A stretch of 64,000 nt of DNA from Candidatus Subterrananammoxibius californiae (GTDB lineage Bacteria > Planctomycetota > Brocadiia > Brocadiales > Subterrananammoxibiaceae), in contig JAURAC010000004.1 in assembly GCA_030586555.1 (NCBI GenBank), forward strand, positions 37,800 through 101,799, given 5' to 3'. The notes under the pieces were generated by a model. That model had not been told where the DNA came from. It worked only from the letters and a program-made list of their open reading frames with translations, and did not search any database. Positions 26,352 through 35,441 of this stretch are shown in pieces; within the stretch, counting starts at the first letter, position 1, and every line of letters starts with the position of its first letter. The position numbers were made by a program, and so were the translations under genes.

Positions 26352-26367
26352 AGCGAGCATTTTGCCA
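26352..26367 (-). promoter_or_regulatory. Sigma-54 promoter candidate
   Basis: The minus strand reads TGGCAAAATGCTCGCT, with correct GG-N10-GC spacing, ~60 nt upstream of the ATG at 26292. Confidence 0.45.
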
Positions 26368-26512
26368 GAGTAAGCCGTCTTTGTCAAGGAAAATTTCCAC
26401 AATTTCTTTATCGCTTAAAAGGTTACCCCCTTGTCAAAAAAAAGTTTCAGAGTTTTAAAACAATTTACCCAAAGTCCATAAATTACCAATGGCTTTGTTA
26501 TAAAAGGCAGGC

Positions 26513-27277
26513 TCAATTTTTTCTCCAGAACCTTCGGCTGAGCTCAGGTCGAAGCCTTCTGTAACCAAGGAAGCCAAACAACCCTGTGCCAAGCAAGGCT
26601 ATTGTTATAGGTTCCGGAACAGGTCCGACATCCCCTTTTGATTCTGAAGTCCATGCAGCGGTGAAACTTGTTGCGCTCCACGTTGGGACGGTGCTAAACT
26701 CTAAATGCACTATGCCAGCTGGGCCTGGAATAAAGTCGGGTAGAAGATAACCCCCAAGCGGCGTGAATGTTGCTCCACCAGCAGCGATGCCTGAGCCAAA
26801 GATTCCATCAATGGTTAAACCTCCAAAATTCCCGCCTAAGGCAAGCGCTCCGACACTATCCAATATCTCCACATCGAACCCTGTAGGATTCGGATTAACG
26901 CCACCAGTAGTGCCAAAATCAGCATGTACGAACCCTGGAAATACAGTAGTGCCCGTCAGGGATGCAAAGATTGATACACTTCCACCAACCATAAGGGGAC
27001 CAGGAATAGTATTTGGTATAAAGGAAACGACATTACCGCTCATTGAAAGTATCCCAGTTCCTGGCGCTCCTGGTGTAAATGTTGTGACTCCATTTACTGG
27101 ACCTGGAGGGGACGCATCCCCGGAAGAGTCCCATCCTATATCAGGCAATCCTATTGTTGGTGATATAGTATGTGCATGAAGACGTGTAGAAAGAACGGGA
27201 AAACTCAAGGCTATAATTGCCGAGAGTAGTGTAATGAACAATAACGGCCTCCCCAAAAAATATTTATTACTTCCCAT
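26513..27277 (-). CDS. PEP-CTERM sorting-domain secreted protein
   Basis: Signal peptide, and a C-terminal VPEPITIALLGTGLFGFLGYRRLR (PEP motif, TM helix and basic cluster). Confidence 0.8.
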   Translation of the reverse strand: MGSNKYFLGRPLLFITLLSAIIALSFPVLSTRLHAHTISPTIGLPDIGWDSSGDASPPGPVNGVTTFTPGAPGTGILSMSGNVVSFIPNTIPGPLMVGGSVSIFASLTGTTVFPGFVHADFGTTGGVNPNPTGFDVEILDSVGALALGGNFGGLTIDGIFGSGIAAGGATFTPLGGYLLPDFIPGPAGIVHLEFSTVPTWSATSFTAAWTSESKGDVGPVPEPITIALLGTGLFGFLGYRRLRPELSRRFWRKN

Positions 27278-28013
27278 AAGAAATTCCTCCCTCTGTTAAG
27301 ATGAAATTGTCGCTTCCAGTTCCGCTTCTATTTGTACGAAAGAGTTTCAGTAATTTTGAGGCAATCTTACCCATAGTCCACACGGATATCTTAAAGTCCA
27401 AATACAGGCACATCTTCTTTATATAAATGCGGTCGTACGATAGCTTTTTCTTTACATCATCAATGGTTTCGTCATATTTGAGCCGTACCTGTGCAAGACC
27501 TGTGAGTCCGGGTTTAACCATGAGCCGATTCGTATAGCCCTGCATCTGCATCTTGAATGAATCAACAAAGAAAGGTCTTTCAGGTCTTGGGCCAATAAAA
27601 CTCATATCCCCTTTAATGATATTAATAAATTGAGGAATTTCATCCAGGTGCAAAGCCCTTATGTAATAACCCAGTTTTGTGACCCTTGGGTCTTCTGGTT
27701 TTGCCCATACAGGTCCTATTCCGTCCTCGGCATTTACATGCATCGTTCTAAACTTAATTATTCTAAAGGGTTTGCCCTCCTTGCCAATCCTTGTTTGCAT
27801 ATAAAATACTGGTCCAGGAGACGTTAGCTTTACAAGAACGCTCAGTGTTAGTATTAGCGGTGTACTAATTATTAATGCAATAAAGGATAAGGCGATGTCA
27901 AACAATCGCTTTATCAAGGCATATCGGGTACGTATTAGTCTCACAATCAGACTCGAAATGCCATTTCTTGAAAAGGTTATTCCTGTTGCTTCTCGTGCTT
28001 CCAATAGTAACAT
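27267..28013 (-). CDS. Polyprenyl-phosphate sugar phosphotransferase (bacterial sugar transferase family, EPS initiating enzyme)
   Basis: KRLFDIALSFIALIISTPL...SPGPVFYMQTRIGKEGKPFRIIKFRTM...DEIPQFINIIKGDMSFIGPRP...GLTGLAQV are the classic WbaP/EpsL-type C-domain motifs. Confidence 0.85.
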   Translation of the reverse strand: MLLLEAREATGITFSRNGISSLIVRLIRTRYALIKRLFDIALSFIALIISTPLILTLSVLVKLTSPGPVFYMQTRIGKEGKPFRIIKFRTMHVNAEDGIGPVWAKPEDPRVTKLGYYIRALHLDEIPQFINIIKGDMSFIGPRPERPFFVDSFKMQMQGYTNRLMVKPGLTGLAQVRLKYDETIDDVKKKLSYDRIYIKKMCLYLDFKISVWTMGKIASKLLKLFRTNRSGTGSDNFILTEGGISYGK

Positions 28014-28106
28014 TCTCAGTTAATCCTCCGGTGGAATCCCACCCCGCCTCATGCCGCTCCTGATTCCTAAACCTTCAGGAACAGGTTTAGTCAGGGGTAG
28101 CAAAAA

Positions 28107-28484
28107 TTAATAAAAACCATTAACAGTGCAAAGCATCATATCCGTCTTCTCACTAAACATTAAACCAACTCCCCATTTATCGCCTGCTTTTTCCTTTCTC
28201 ACAACAACTGCGTTAGCAAACAGCCAGAGATGTTGAGAGGAATAAGTAGTTGAGTCGTAACTTGCATGAACATAAATCGGGATATTTTGTCCCACGTGGC
28301 ACAGCTCAACATTCTTTGTTTCCAGCTCAAGATATGCCCCTCCAGTAGATATGTTTTTTGTGTACGCCTTTCCCGTTGGTAACATTATCGGGAGGGTCAG
28401 GTTTAGCCTTCTATTAGCCCTCCTATCGCTATTTGCGCTTGTCCATCTTTTTTCATTGATATCCTTAGCCAATCGAGTAGACAT
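28107..28484 (-). CDS. PilZ domain protein (c-di-GMP receptor)
   Basis: RRANRR (RxxxR) and NISTGGAYLE (D/NxSxxG) PilZ motifs, 125 aa. Starts 2 nt after the deacetylase gene stop. Confidence 0.7.
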   Translation of the reverse strand: MSTRLAKDINEKRWTSANSDRRANRRLNLTLPIMLPTGKAYTKNISTGGAYLELETKNVELCHVGQNIPIYVHASYDSTTYSSQHLWLFANAVVVRKEKAGDKWGVGLMFSEKTDMMLCTVNGFY

Positions 28485-28486
28485 TT

Positions 28487-29437
28487 CTACTTAGCTATCA
28501 TAGCAGAGCTTGAACCGTAATAAAGTTTTAAAGCATCTCTTTCTGCGAAACCGCAGTCATCAACAAAGGTAAGCCGATGGTCAGTGTAACACCCGATTAC
28601 AGACTGTATAGTAGAGAATTTAAAGTCAGACAATAATCTCCTGAGTTTACTCTCAGTTTTAGATATGTTTCCGTAATGCCTTAACCTTGTAACCCAATCC
28701 ACCTCGACACGAGGTTGGTCTGCGTCTAACTCCCAGGGATGAAGGTAAATAATTGCAGGATAGCCTTGCTTATTGATTCTTCTGATACCCCATTTCATAA
28801 AAGTGTAAGGCAACAACCTTAAGTATCCTCCCCCTGCAATGGGAAACCTTCTGCCAAAAGCCTTTGTAGTTGACAAAGGAACCTCGATAAGCTCATCCAT
28901 TTCACCCAGCTTAATCAGATGGAGAAATGGGTTCGCATTGGGCATACCGTATCTGTCATGGTACTGAATGGGGAAAATGCTCGAATCATATTGGTATCCC
29001 TCTTCTAATAATATTTTTAGCGTCCAGCGTGTTTTGTTTGTAATTGAGAAACTCGGCGCCCTGTAACCATTAACCTTGCTGCCTGTAATTTCTTCGAGGA
29101 TACGCTTGCTGCGAGCTACATCCATTCGGAATGAATAAGGGTTTTGGTCGTAGATTAGCTGGTGCGCATATCCATGAGATGCAATTTCGTGACCCTTTTC
29201 AAAAATCTCCTTTACCAGTTCAGGAATGCGTTCTGCTATCCACCCGAGGACGAAGAAGGTTGCTTTTGTATTATATTCATCCAGGATTGATAGTATTTTT
29301 TGTGTATTTTCTACTACCCGCAGTTTATAGTTATTCCATGCCTTGTAGGGTATGATTGATGCGAAATTTGAAACCTGGAAATAATCCTCAACATCAATCG
29401 TAATGGCATTAACAAATTTTTCTTTTTTACTAATCAT
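28487..29437 (-). CDS. Polysaccharide deacetylase, PEP-CTERM/exosortase-locus type
   Basis: NAITIDVEDYFQV, ATFFVLGWIAER and EIASHGYAH motifs of the NodB-like deacetylase with a DUF3473-like C-terminal part. Confidence 0.8.
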   Translation of the reverse strand: MISKKEKFVNAITIDVEDYFQVSNFASIIPYKAWNNYKLRVVENTQKILSILDEYNTKATFFVLGWIAERIPELVKEIFEKGHEIASHGYAHQLIYDQNPYSFRMDVARSKRILEEITGSKVNGYRAPSFSITNKTRWTLKILLEEGYQYDSSIFPIQYHDRYGMPNANPFLHLIKLGEMDELIEVPLSTTKAFGRRFPIAGGGYLRLLPYTFMKWGIRRINKQGYPAIIYLHPWELDADQPRVEVDWVTRLRHYGNISKTESKLRRLLSDFKFSTIQSVIGCYTDHRLTFVDDCGFAERDALKLYYGSSSAMIAK

Positions 29438-29456
29438 TTTCTAATTAATCCCCGCT

Positions 29457-29678
29457 TCAGGCAACACGGTCTGAAGGTTGATTGTTCCTCTGCATATCTT
29501 CTGGTGTTACTTGTGGGGTATAGGTCTGCTCTATTTGCCCATCCGGATTTTTTTTAACTGACAAATCTGCGTCAGGCGCAACGGTACTTGACCATATTCC
29601 CACCATTAAACCTGCAAATAGCAGTATTACAATATAAAGATTCTTAAACAATTGTTGTGAATCCTCTAAAAGTGTCAA
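29457..29678 (-). CDS. Small single-TM protein (hypothetical; TTG start)
   Basis: 73-aa ORF with one hydrophobic helix (IVILLFAGLMVGIW). Only a TTG start is available, so support is weak. Confidence 0.3.
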   Translation of the reverse strand: MTLLEDSQQLFKNLYIVILLFAGLMVGIWSSTVAPDADLSVKKNPDGQIEQTYTPQVTPEDMQRNNQPSDRVA

Positions 29679-29710
29679 GGGCGTATGCCATACGCCCCTA
29701 CATAAAAATC

Positions 29711-30391
29711 TTACGACTTCTTTAGAAATTTCCTTCCTTTGTATCCAAGAAGGCTTACAATTCCCATGCTTAGAAGGGCAATGGTTGTTGGTTCAGGGAC
29801 AGGCGTTCCCTCCGCATCATGACTTAAGGGGGCTTTTTCTTCCCAATCACCGTCATGATCTAATGTATAAGCATCAAAATGAACCGCGGTGGAACCATAC
29901 ATTGTTACAGAGAAATTTTTTGCTTCACCATACCAGGTGCAATCACCTTCAAAACCCGGCTCCGTGTTGCATACACTTCCAGGAACGTTTGAAAAGCTGC
30001 CCACATTGACTTGCAAATAGTGGGCGTCAAATATACCATGGTCTGGGAAATCGTCCGGTTTACCCCAGGTAAAAGCAGAAGCTGTGTAATCAGTGCCAGC
30101 AAAGTTTATAATGTTACCAGCAGGAAGGGTGTCAAATTCTCCAAACCCCGTAAGCGCCACCGATACAAATACGCCCGTATCACCTGGTTGCGGGTGGTTA
30201 TGATTTGCGCTGATGACTTGCAAGGTGAAGGGGTTCCCTGGAGTAAATGTGTAAACCCATGTATCACTGACAGTATCATAAGTACCGCCTGGGGTATAAA
30301 GTTGTAAATCTGGTACAGCAGAAGCATTTGTAATCCACTGCAACGTCACAGCCACAAACAAACATAGTGATATTATAATTTTCCTAACCAT
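29711..30391 (-). CDS. PEP-CTERM sorting-domain secreted protein
   Basis: GGAGG RBS, a signal peptide, and a C-terminal VPEPTTIALLSMGIVSLLGYKGRKFLKK. Confidence 0.8.
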   Translation of the reverse strand: MVRKIIISLCLFVAVTLQWITNASAVPDLQLYTPGGTYDTVSDTWVYTFTPGNPFTLQVISANHNHPQPGDTGVFVSVALTGFGEFDTLPAGNIINFAGTDYTASAFTWGKPDDFPDHGIFDAHYLQVNVGSFSNVPGSVCNTEPGFEGDCTWYGEAKNFSVTMYGSTAVHFDAYTLDHDGDWEEKAPLSHDAEGTPVPEPTTIALLSMGIVSLLGYKGRKFLKKS

Positions 30392-30760
30392 ATAATGTTT
30401 CCTCCACCTTTTTAATCTTAATTATCGGTAATTAGCATACTATTAATTAACAAATACAATGCCATAACCAGAATAATAAGAAACTAAACAAGGATGTGTG
30501 TTGTAAGAAGTGATTTTACAGAATGTTAGAGCAATGATTTTTATTGGCAACAACAAGACTTAAAAATATAAGGATTAGGGATTTGTTGACAAAAGCCAAA
30601 ATTTATTTCGCTGAGAATAGTAAATTTACATCCTAAGATTTGGTGTAGTATTTACTTATAAGAATGTCGTCTTTTGCCAACAACTTTTGGAAAAAGTGGA
30701 ATGATTCTGCGCGGTTTTTTTCCCGTGGGTGACTGTTGTAAGTATTTGATATTTAAAGTC

Positions 30761-33700
30761 TTAATCGCATGTTATAACATTAGTACCACCTGCGAAGCTA
30801 TTAAAGGGGGTTAGGGTAAAGAGATTAAGGCCCTCAGGCGTCCCGTTATCTTTATACCCTTTTACGCTTCCGCCATTATATGACTGGGTGGCAATAATCT
30901 CTTCGTAATTATCGCTGTCAATATCGCTCATAGTCAAGTTGACACCATTTGTAGAATAATCAAATGGGGTATCACTGAAGACCGTACTCGGTGTAAATGC
31001 CTTGCTGTATGTGTATGCCCGGACGCTTCTACCGTTAGAAGCCTGTGCAACAACAACCTCATCGCTCGTATCATAAGCCGTAAACTTACCAGTAGCTATG
31101 TTTATACCACCTTTAAATGTTTTGCCAAACGGTTGGTTTTTAACAACAAGAATTGCCCTGCGTGTTCTACTATACGTGTATCCCATGACGGTTCCACCGC
31201 CTGACGCCTGCGATGCCATTAGCTCGTAATTACCGTTCTCATTAATATCGCCTGCCGCTATATTAATTCCACCCTTGAAGCTTCTGCCAAAGGGCGTAAT
31301 GGTAAGGTATAAACCAAAGGTTGAGTTAAATGTGTATTTATAAACCTTGAGGGCGCCGCCGCCTCTTGCCTGTGCAACTATTATTTCTGCCCTTTTATCA
31401 CCATCGTAATCTCCAGCTATTATATTAACGCCAGTCATCTCATAGAAGGGTTTAATCGAAAACACTACCTGCCCTGTAAGGGTTCCATCATGTTTGTATA
31501 CCTTTATTGTTCCCTGGGAAGATGCCTGTGCCACAAGTATTTCACTGATATTGTCACCATCAATATCCCCACAGGCAACGTTAATCCCCCCGGCAAACGA
31601 ATCGCCGAAAGGTTTAACGTCAAAGATCAGTTCTCCGCTATGATTGTACGCCTTGACTTCTCCACCCTTATACGCCTGTGCCATTACGATTTCATAAGCA
31701 CCGTCTCCATTAATATCACCCCTTGCCAGATGGATGCCACCGGTAAATGTGTCTCCAAATGGGTACGTATCTAATAAAGATTTCTGAACTAACCTACCAT
31801 CGTAGTTAAGCGCCTTAATCATGCCGCCGTTAGACGCCTGTGCAATAACCAACTGTGTTCCCGGGGTAGGGTCCTCTCGACTCGTTGGGTTGGTACCATT
31901 CTTTATTTCTTCGCCGTCCAGTATACCATCGCCATCGGTATCTGGATTAGTTGGGTCGGTACCGTATGTATATTCTTCAAGCGCAGTAAGCCCGTCGTTA
32001 TCGAAATCTGAGGCGGCATCGTTTGGGTTTTTATGATTGAGACCGTACTTTGCTTCCCAATTATTAGGTATCCCATCGCCGTCAAGGTCATTATTACTTG
32101 TAGGGGCGGTTGTGGTTGTAGTAGAGGTCGTTGTAGTGGTTGAAGTAGTTGTTGGCGCCAGTGTAGTAGTTGGAACAGTCGTTGTGGTAGTCAGAACTGT
32201 AGTTGTTGGTGCCAGCGTTGTAGTCGGAACAGTCGTCGTAGTGGTTAGAACTGTAGTTGTCGGTGCCAGTGTGGTAGTTGGGACGGTTGTCGTAGTGGTT
32301 AGAACTGTAGTTGTTGGCGCCAGTGTGGTAGTCGGGATAGTCGTTGTGGTGGTCGGAATTGTGGTTGTTGGCGTCAGTGCGGTTGTGAAAACAAGCGTTC
32401 CTTTACCTGTGCGTTCTAACACTGTAATACCAGGAGAAAGATTACCAACGCCTGCTGAGATTGTAATGGTCTTGGCAGTTCCAGCGCTTACTAAGGTGAT
32501 GTCATATTTTAATGCAGGAGAAAGCAAATTGGGGTCGAGGTCAAAGAGAAAATGCTTACCATTAGCTGTTAGATTCACGCTGTAGGTTATATTACCGTTG
32601 ATTATTGCGCCTTGTGGGTCGGAGCTGAAGAGGACAACCTTGTTCTCGGCACTGTCCTTTATATGTGCGCCGACCATGTTGGCGGTAAGCATATTGCCAT
32701 CAACCTGGGATACACGCACGGTTTCAGGCATAGAGGTAACGGTTGCATCTGTTGGAAAAAGGACGTTTAAAAAGATGTCTTCCTTCTGGCCTGAAATATC
32801 CTGTTCCAGTCTCCATCCTTTACGGCCTTCAAAGGAAGAATCGGATGTATCTGCAGGACTGCCCGCTTCCGGGTTCCAGCTTCTATCATTTCTCCAGAAG
32901 AAGAAGCCCTCGCCACCCCTTTTTCTATAGGTTGCACCATCGGGCAAAAGTGATTTAACAAAGAGCCTGCCGCCAGAAGGGTCTGAATCAATATAGAGGT
33001 TATTAAAATTGGTTTGAGACCATGTGGTTGACCCATCTTGAGAGGATGTGTCAGTTAACGGAGTACCTGAGATTGTTGGCTCCTTCACCGTATGGAGGTA
33101 CCACCTTTTTACAAAGTTTGGCTTGGCAGCAGTAATCCTGTCGAGGATAACAAGATATTTTTTGTCTAAGAATGTAAGGGCTCTCTGGAAGTTTGTGAGG
33201 CGGTCAGGATGGTAAGCCTTAGAACCATCACCGAGGGCATAGTCATAATTGTTTTTAGTCTCAAATTTTGTTATGTCGCCCCTATCAAAATATTGCGCTC
33301 CTTTGTAGTGGCTTGATAATATTGTATTGATTGCTTCATTTACATAGTCTCCAGCCTCGGGGTTATTCTGGTCATAATAGACATAATTAGGATGTGCATT
33401 ATCAGGGTGTACTGAATAGTACTGATAAAGTTCCTGCCCTTGATCCATAGAAATGCTGGGGTCTGAAACGGTAACGGAATTAACTGCAACGGTTGGCTTG
33501 CCATAATTCATCTGGAACGTATAATTAACCCAGGAGCCAGTAACAGAGTCCTTTCCCCCCGAACCTTGATTATTATTGTTCATAATGGCAAGGTCGCCAC
33601 TGCGATAAATACTGAAGGCATTAACGTTATATACCTGTTTTGATGTAAACCAATCGCCAGAGGTAAAGGCAACAAGGGTGTCATTTTTTGTCCAACCACT

Positions 33701-34921
33701 CCTGAAGAAGACCCAGCCTGCATCAAGGCCCTGAATAGGAGCGGTTCCATCGGCATTATACCCCTGTGCATAGAACGCTAATGGCAGGGTATTATAGTTG
33801 GTTCCTGGTTTCGAGGGGTCATAAAAAATTATCCACCTGTACTGTTCACAATTATTATACCACGGCTCCACTATTGGCTTCTTAAACAAATCATTAGCTA
33901 TATATTGAGCCACTCCCGTGGTATCCTTCTGTGATAAAACTTCGATGGGGTACCACCCAGTAAATGCGTAATGCTCATAGCTAAGCATTCCAAACGGCAC
34001 CCACCTATCCACATACATTTTCCAAGCAAAAAGCCTTGTGATAAGATTATCTTGTAAATACCGTGATGTACTCCAGAGATTTTCACCCGTTGCCTTATCC
34101 CATGCATAAATTTCCAGAGCAAATAGCCTCGTGCCTATATTGTCATAACCTCCGTCAGGGTTTACTCCACCTCCAACCATATTGGTAAAAGGTATCTTTT
34201 TTGTTGTTAAGAATGTCTTTATTTGATTTAGTTTGGTTTGTGCGAGTGAATTGTCGGCATTTCCATTCAGGCTTGTCTCGTTCCAAATAACAATAGCGGC
34301 GAACGTCCACTCCTCAGATGGCAGGTTGCTCATCATGGTGTGCCAGTCATCCGATGGTCTGCCTTTCCACCACTCGTTATAATCGGCAGGGTCGTTAACA
34401 TCCCGCTGTATCGCATAGGAGGAGGTCACCAATTTATTGCCAAGGGTTATGCGGTCTTGCGGGGATAAGCCATTGTAAATCCAATCATAGGCAAGCGCAA
34501 AGCTTGAGTTTTGATATCCTATGTAATCATTAGGATTTGTATTTTCTAAGACCTGTTTGACCCCATTAACGTAGAAACTGCTGCTATCAGGATGAAGATA
34601 ACTCTCTATTAAATAAACAAACGTAGCGCTAACCACTCTAACCCGTGCGCTTTCTGAGGTAGGCCCTTGGATATATTGCCAACTCCAATTATTAGAGATG
34701 GCGCTATCTACCTCTTGCTTCATCGTCATATATCTTGGGTATAAAGGGTCGGTTGGTTCATCAACCTTTGCTGCTAAGGCAGGGATTTCAGCCTTTGTAA
34801 TGAATATTCTGGGATGCTCACCCTTAGCAAATGGTAGGGTTGCTGCAAACGCATCTAATTCGAGGAATAAAGCTGATACTAATGTAAAGCATATTATTAA
34901 GGTTTTATAATAGTTTTTCAT
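30761..34921 (-). CDS. Giant secreted surface protein: large N-terminal region, Thr/Pro repeat linker, thrombospondin type-3 Ca-binding repeats and a 7-blade FG-GAP/VCBS propeller
   Basis: 1386 aa with a signal peptide. The N-terminal region is possibly heparinase II/III-like (tentative). The linker has 54-nt repeats coding [43 protein letters not shown] and [12 protein letters not shown] are TSP3-like. There are seven GDI(N/D)GDGxxEIxxAQAxxGGxxK(A/V)Y blades. Confidence 0.8.
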   Translation of the reverse strand: MKNYYKTLIICFTLVSALFLELDAFAATLPFAKGEHPRIFITKAEIPALAAKVDEPTDPLYPRYMTMKQEVDSAISNNWSWQYIQGPTSESARVRVVSATFVYLIESYLHPDSSSFYVNGVKQVLENTNPNDYIGYQNSSFALAYDWIYNGLSPQDRITLGNKLVTSSYAIQRDVNDPADYNEWWKGRPSDDWHTMMSNLPSEEWTFAAIVIWNETSLNGNADNSLAQTKLNQIKTFLTTKKIPFTNMVGGGVNPDGGYDNIGTRLFALEIYAWDKATGENLWSTSRYLQDNLITRLFAWKMYVDRWVPFGMLSYEHYAFTGWYPIEVLSQKDTTGVAQYIANDLFKKPIVEPWYNNCEQYRWIIFYDPSKPGTNYNTLPLAFYAQGYNADGTAPIQGLDAGWVFFRSGWTKNDTLVAFTSGDWFTSKQVYNVNAFSIYRSGDLAIMNNNNQGSGGKDSVTGSWVNYTFQMNYGKPTVAVNSVTVSDPSISMDQGQELYQYYSVHPDNAHPNYVYYDQNNPEAGDYVNEAINTILSSHYKGAQYFDRGDITKFETKNNYDYALGDGSKAYHPDRLTNFQRALTFLDKKYLVILDRITAAKPNFVKRWYLHTVKEPTISGTPLTDTSSQDGSTTWSQTNFNNLYIDSDPSGGRLFVKSLLPDGATYRKRGGEGFFFWRNDRSWNPEAGSPADTSDSSFEGRKGWRLEQDISGQKEDIFLNVLFPTDATVTSMPETVRVSQVDGNMLTANMVGAHIKDSAENKVVLFSSDPQGAIINGNITYSVNLTANGKHFLFDLDPNLLSPALKYDITLVSAGTAKTITISAGVGNLSPGITVLERTGKGTLVFTTALTPTTTIPTTTTTIPTTTLAPTTTVLTTTTTVPTTTLAPTTTVLTTTTTVPTTTLAPTTTVLTTTTTVPTTTLAPTTTSTTTTTSTTTTTAPTSNNDLDGDGIPNNWEAKYGLNHKNPNDAASDFDNDGLTALEEYTYGTDPTNPDTDGDGILDGEEIKNGTNPTSREDPTPGTQLVIAQASNGGMIKALNYDGRLVQKSLLDTYPFGDTFTGGIHLARGDINGDGAYEIVMAQAYKGGEVKAYNHSGELIFDVKPFGDSFAGGINVACGDIDGDNISEILVAQASSQGTIKVYKHDGTLTGQVVFSIKPFYEMTGVNIIAGDYDGDKRAEIIVAQARGGGALKVYKYTFNSTFGLYLTITPFGRSFKGGINIAAGDINENGNYELMASQASGGGTVMGYTYSRTRRAILVVKNQPFGKTFKGGINIATGKFTAYDTSDEVVVAQASNGRSVRAYTYSKAFTPSTVFSDTPFDYSTNGVNLTMSDIDSDNYEEIIATQSYNGGSVKGYKDNGTPEGLNLFTLTPFNSFAGGTNVITCD
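32154..32380. repeat. 54-nt tandem repeat, ~4.2 copies, inside the giant CDS (Thr/Pro linker)
   Basis: The unit ggcgccagtgtagtagttggaacagtcgttgtggtagtcagaactgtagttgtt repeats with a few substitutions. Confidence 0.9.
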
Positions 34922-34924
34922 CGT

Positions 34925-35017
34925 ATTTCGGCAGCCCCGACGCCTTCGACGAATCTGTAGGCCGGTAGCTTTGCTCCCTATTCTTTCGAGATAGTTCGCC
35001 TTTATCGGTTACGTGTT
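34925..35017 (-). promoter_or_regulatory. Cyclic-di-GMP-I (GEMM-I) riboswitch-like leader of the giant protein gene
   Basis: Minus-strand RNA: cacguaaccgauaaaGGCGAACuaucucGAAAgaauagGGAGCAAAGCuaCCGGCCuacagauucgucgaaGGCgUCGGGGCUGCCgaaauacgAUG. Compare Vc2: ...aGGGCAAACCauucGAAAgaguGGGACGCAAAGCCuCCGGCCuaaacc...GGUAGCGGGGUUACCg. It shares the GNRA-capped P1 hairpin, the GCAAAGC junction and the CCGG...CGGGGyUrCC P2/closing segments. Confidence 0.7.
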
Positions 35018-35231
35018 TTCAAATTTTCTAAAGAGCTGGGTGACTACTGCACCCATTCCCACGCTCAGCGCGGTGGAAGCTCCGAGCTTCCGAGGTGTAA
35101 GAGAGCAATCTCCATGCCATCAGTACACAATATTACCTATAAGTTGATGTTGCTAAAGAAGGAGGTCCAATGGTAAAATGATGTAGGAGTTAACTCTTTA
35201 TAATTAAAGGAGTTCCACCATTAGGTAGGAG

Positions 35232-35258
35232 TGGTGTGGATAAACTTGTTTGTCCGTG
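35232..35258. repeat. Partial copy of the 31-nt hairpin element (ggtgtggataaacttgtttgtccgtgc)
   Basis: Read directly; intergenic. Confidence 0.6.
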
Positions 35259-35314
35259 CTCAAGCCACACTGGAGGGTAGAAATGAAGGTGTTCAACTTT
35301 TGGGGGATTTTTAT

Positions 35315-35368
35315 GTACATTTTTGTACTTTAGTAATTTTTAAAATTAATAAACGTACAAAAATGTAC
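35315..35368. repeat. 14-bp perfect inverted repeat gtacatttttgtac / gtacaaaaatgtac with a 26-nt spacer
   Basis: Read directly. Lies ~75 nt downstream of the stop of 35442..37121. AT-rich stem, so it is not a canonical terminator. Confidence 0.5.
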
Positions 35369-35441
35369 AGATAGCCCTGCAGTTAAATGGGGTTTATTTT
35401 TATTTATTGGAAGTTTTTGTCAGATTAGGACATCTTTTTGT

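Noticed and set aside
30451-30470. Sigma-54-like site upstream of the PEP-CTERM gene 29711..30391 (minus strand TGGCATTGTATTTGT)
   Set aside because: The spacing is right, but the invariant -12 GC is GT here. That is too weak to call without data.
32154-32380. Regularly spaced 54-nt direct repeats that could be mistaken for a CRISPR-like array
   Set aside because: The repeats are contiguous with no spacers and lie in frame inside a long ORF, encoding a Thr/Pro linker. No cas genes are present in the window.
32037-32585. 182-aa poly-Val ORF on the plus strand; similar poly-Val ORFs at 23117..23350 and 24841..25095
   Set aside because: They are antisense translations of the poly-Thr linker codons (ACN gives NGT), so they are artefacts of low-complexity coding sequence.
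35315-35368. The inverted repeat gtacatttttgtac/gtacaaaaatgtac as a rho-independent terminator
   Set aside because: The stem is AT-rich, the loop is 26 nt and there is no U-tract. It is kept only as a repeat feature, and it could equally be a protein-binding site.
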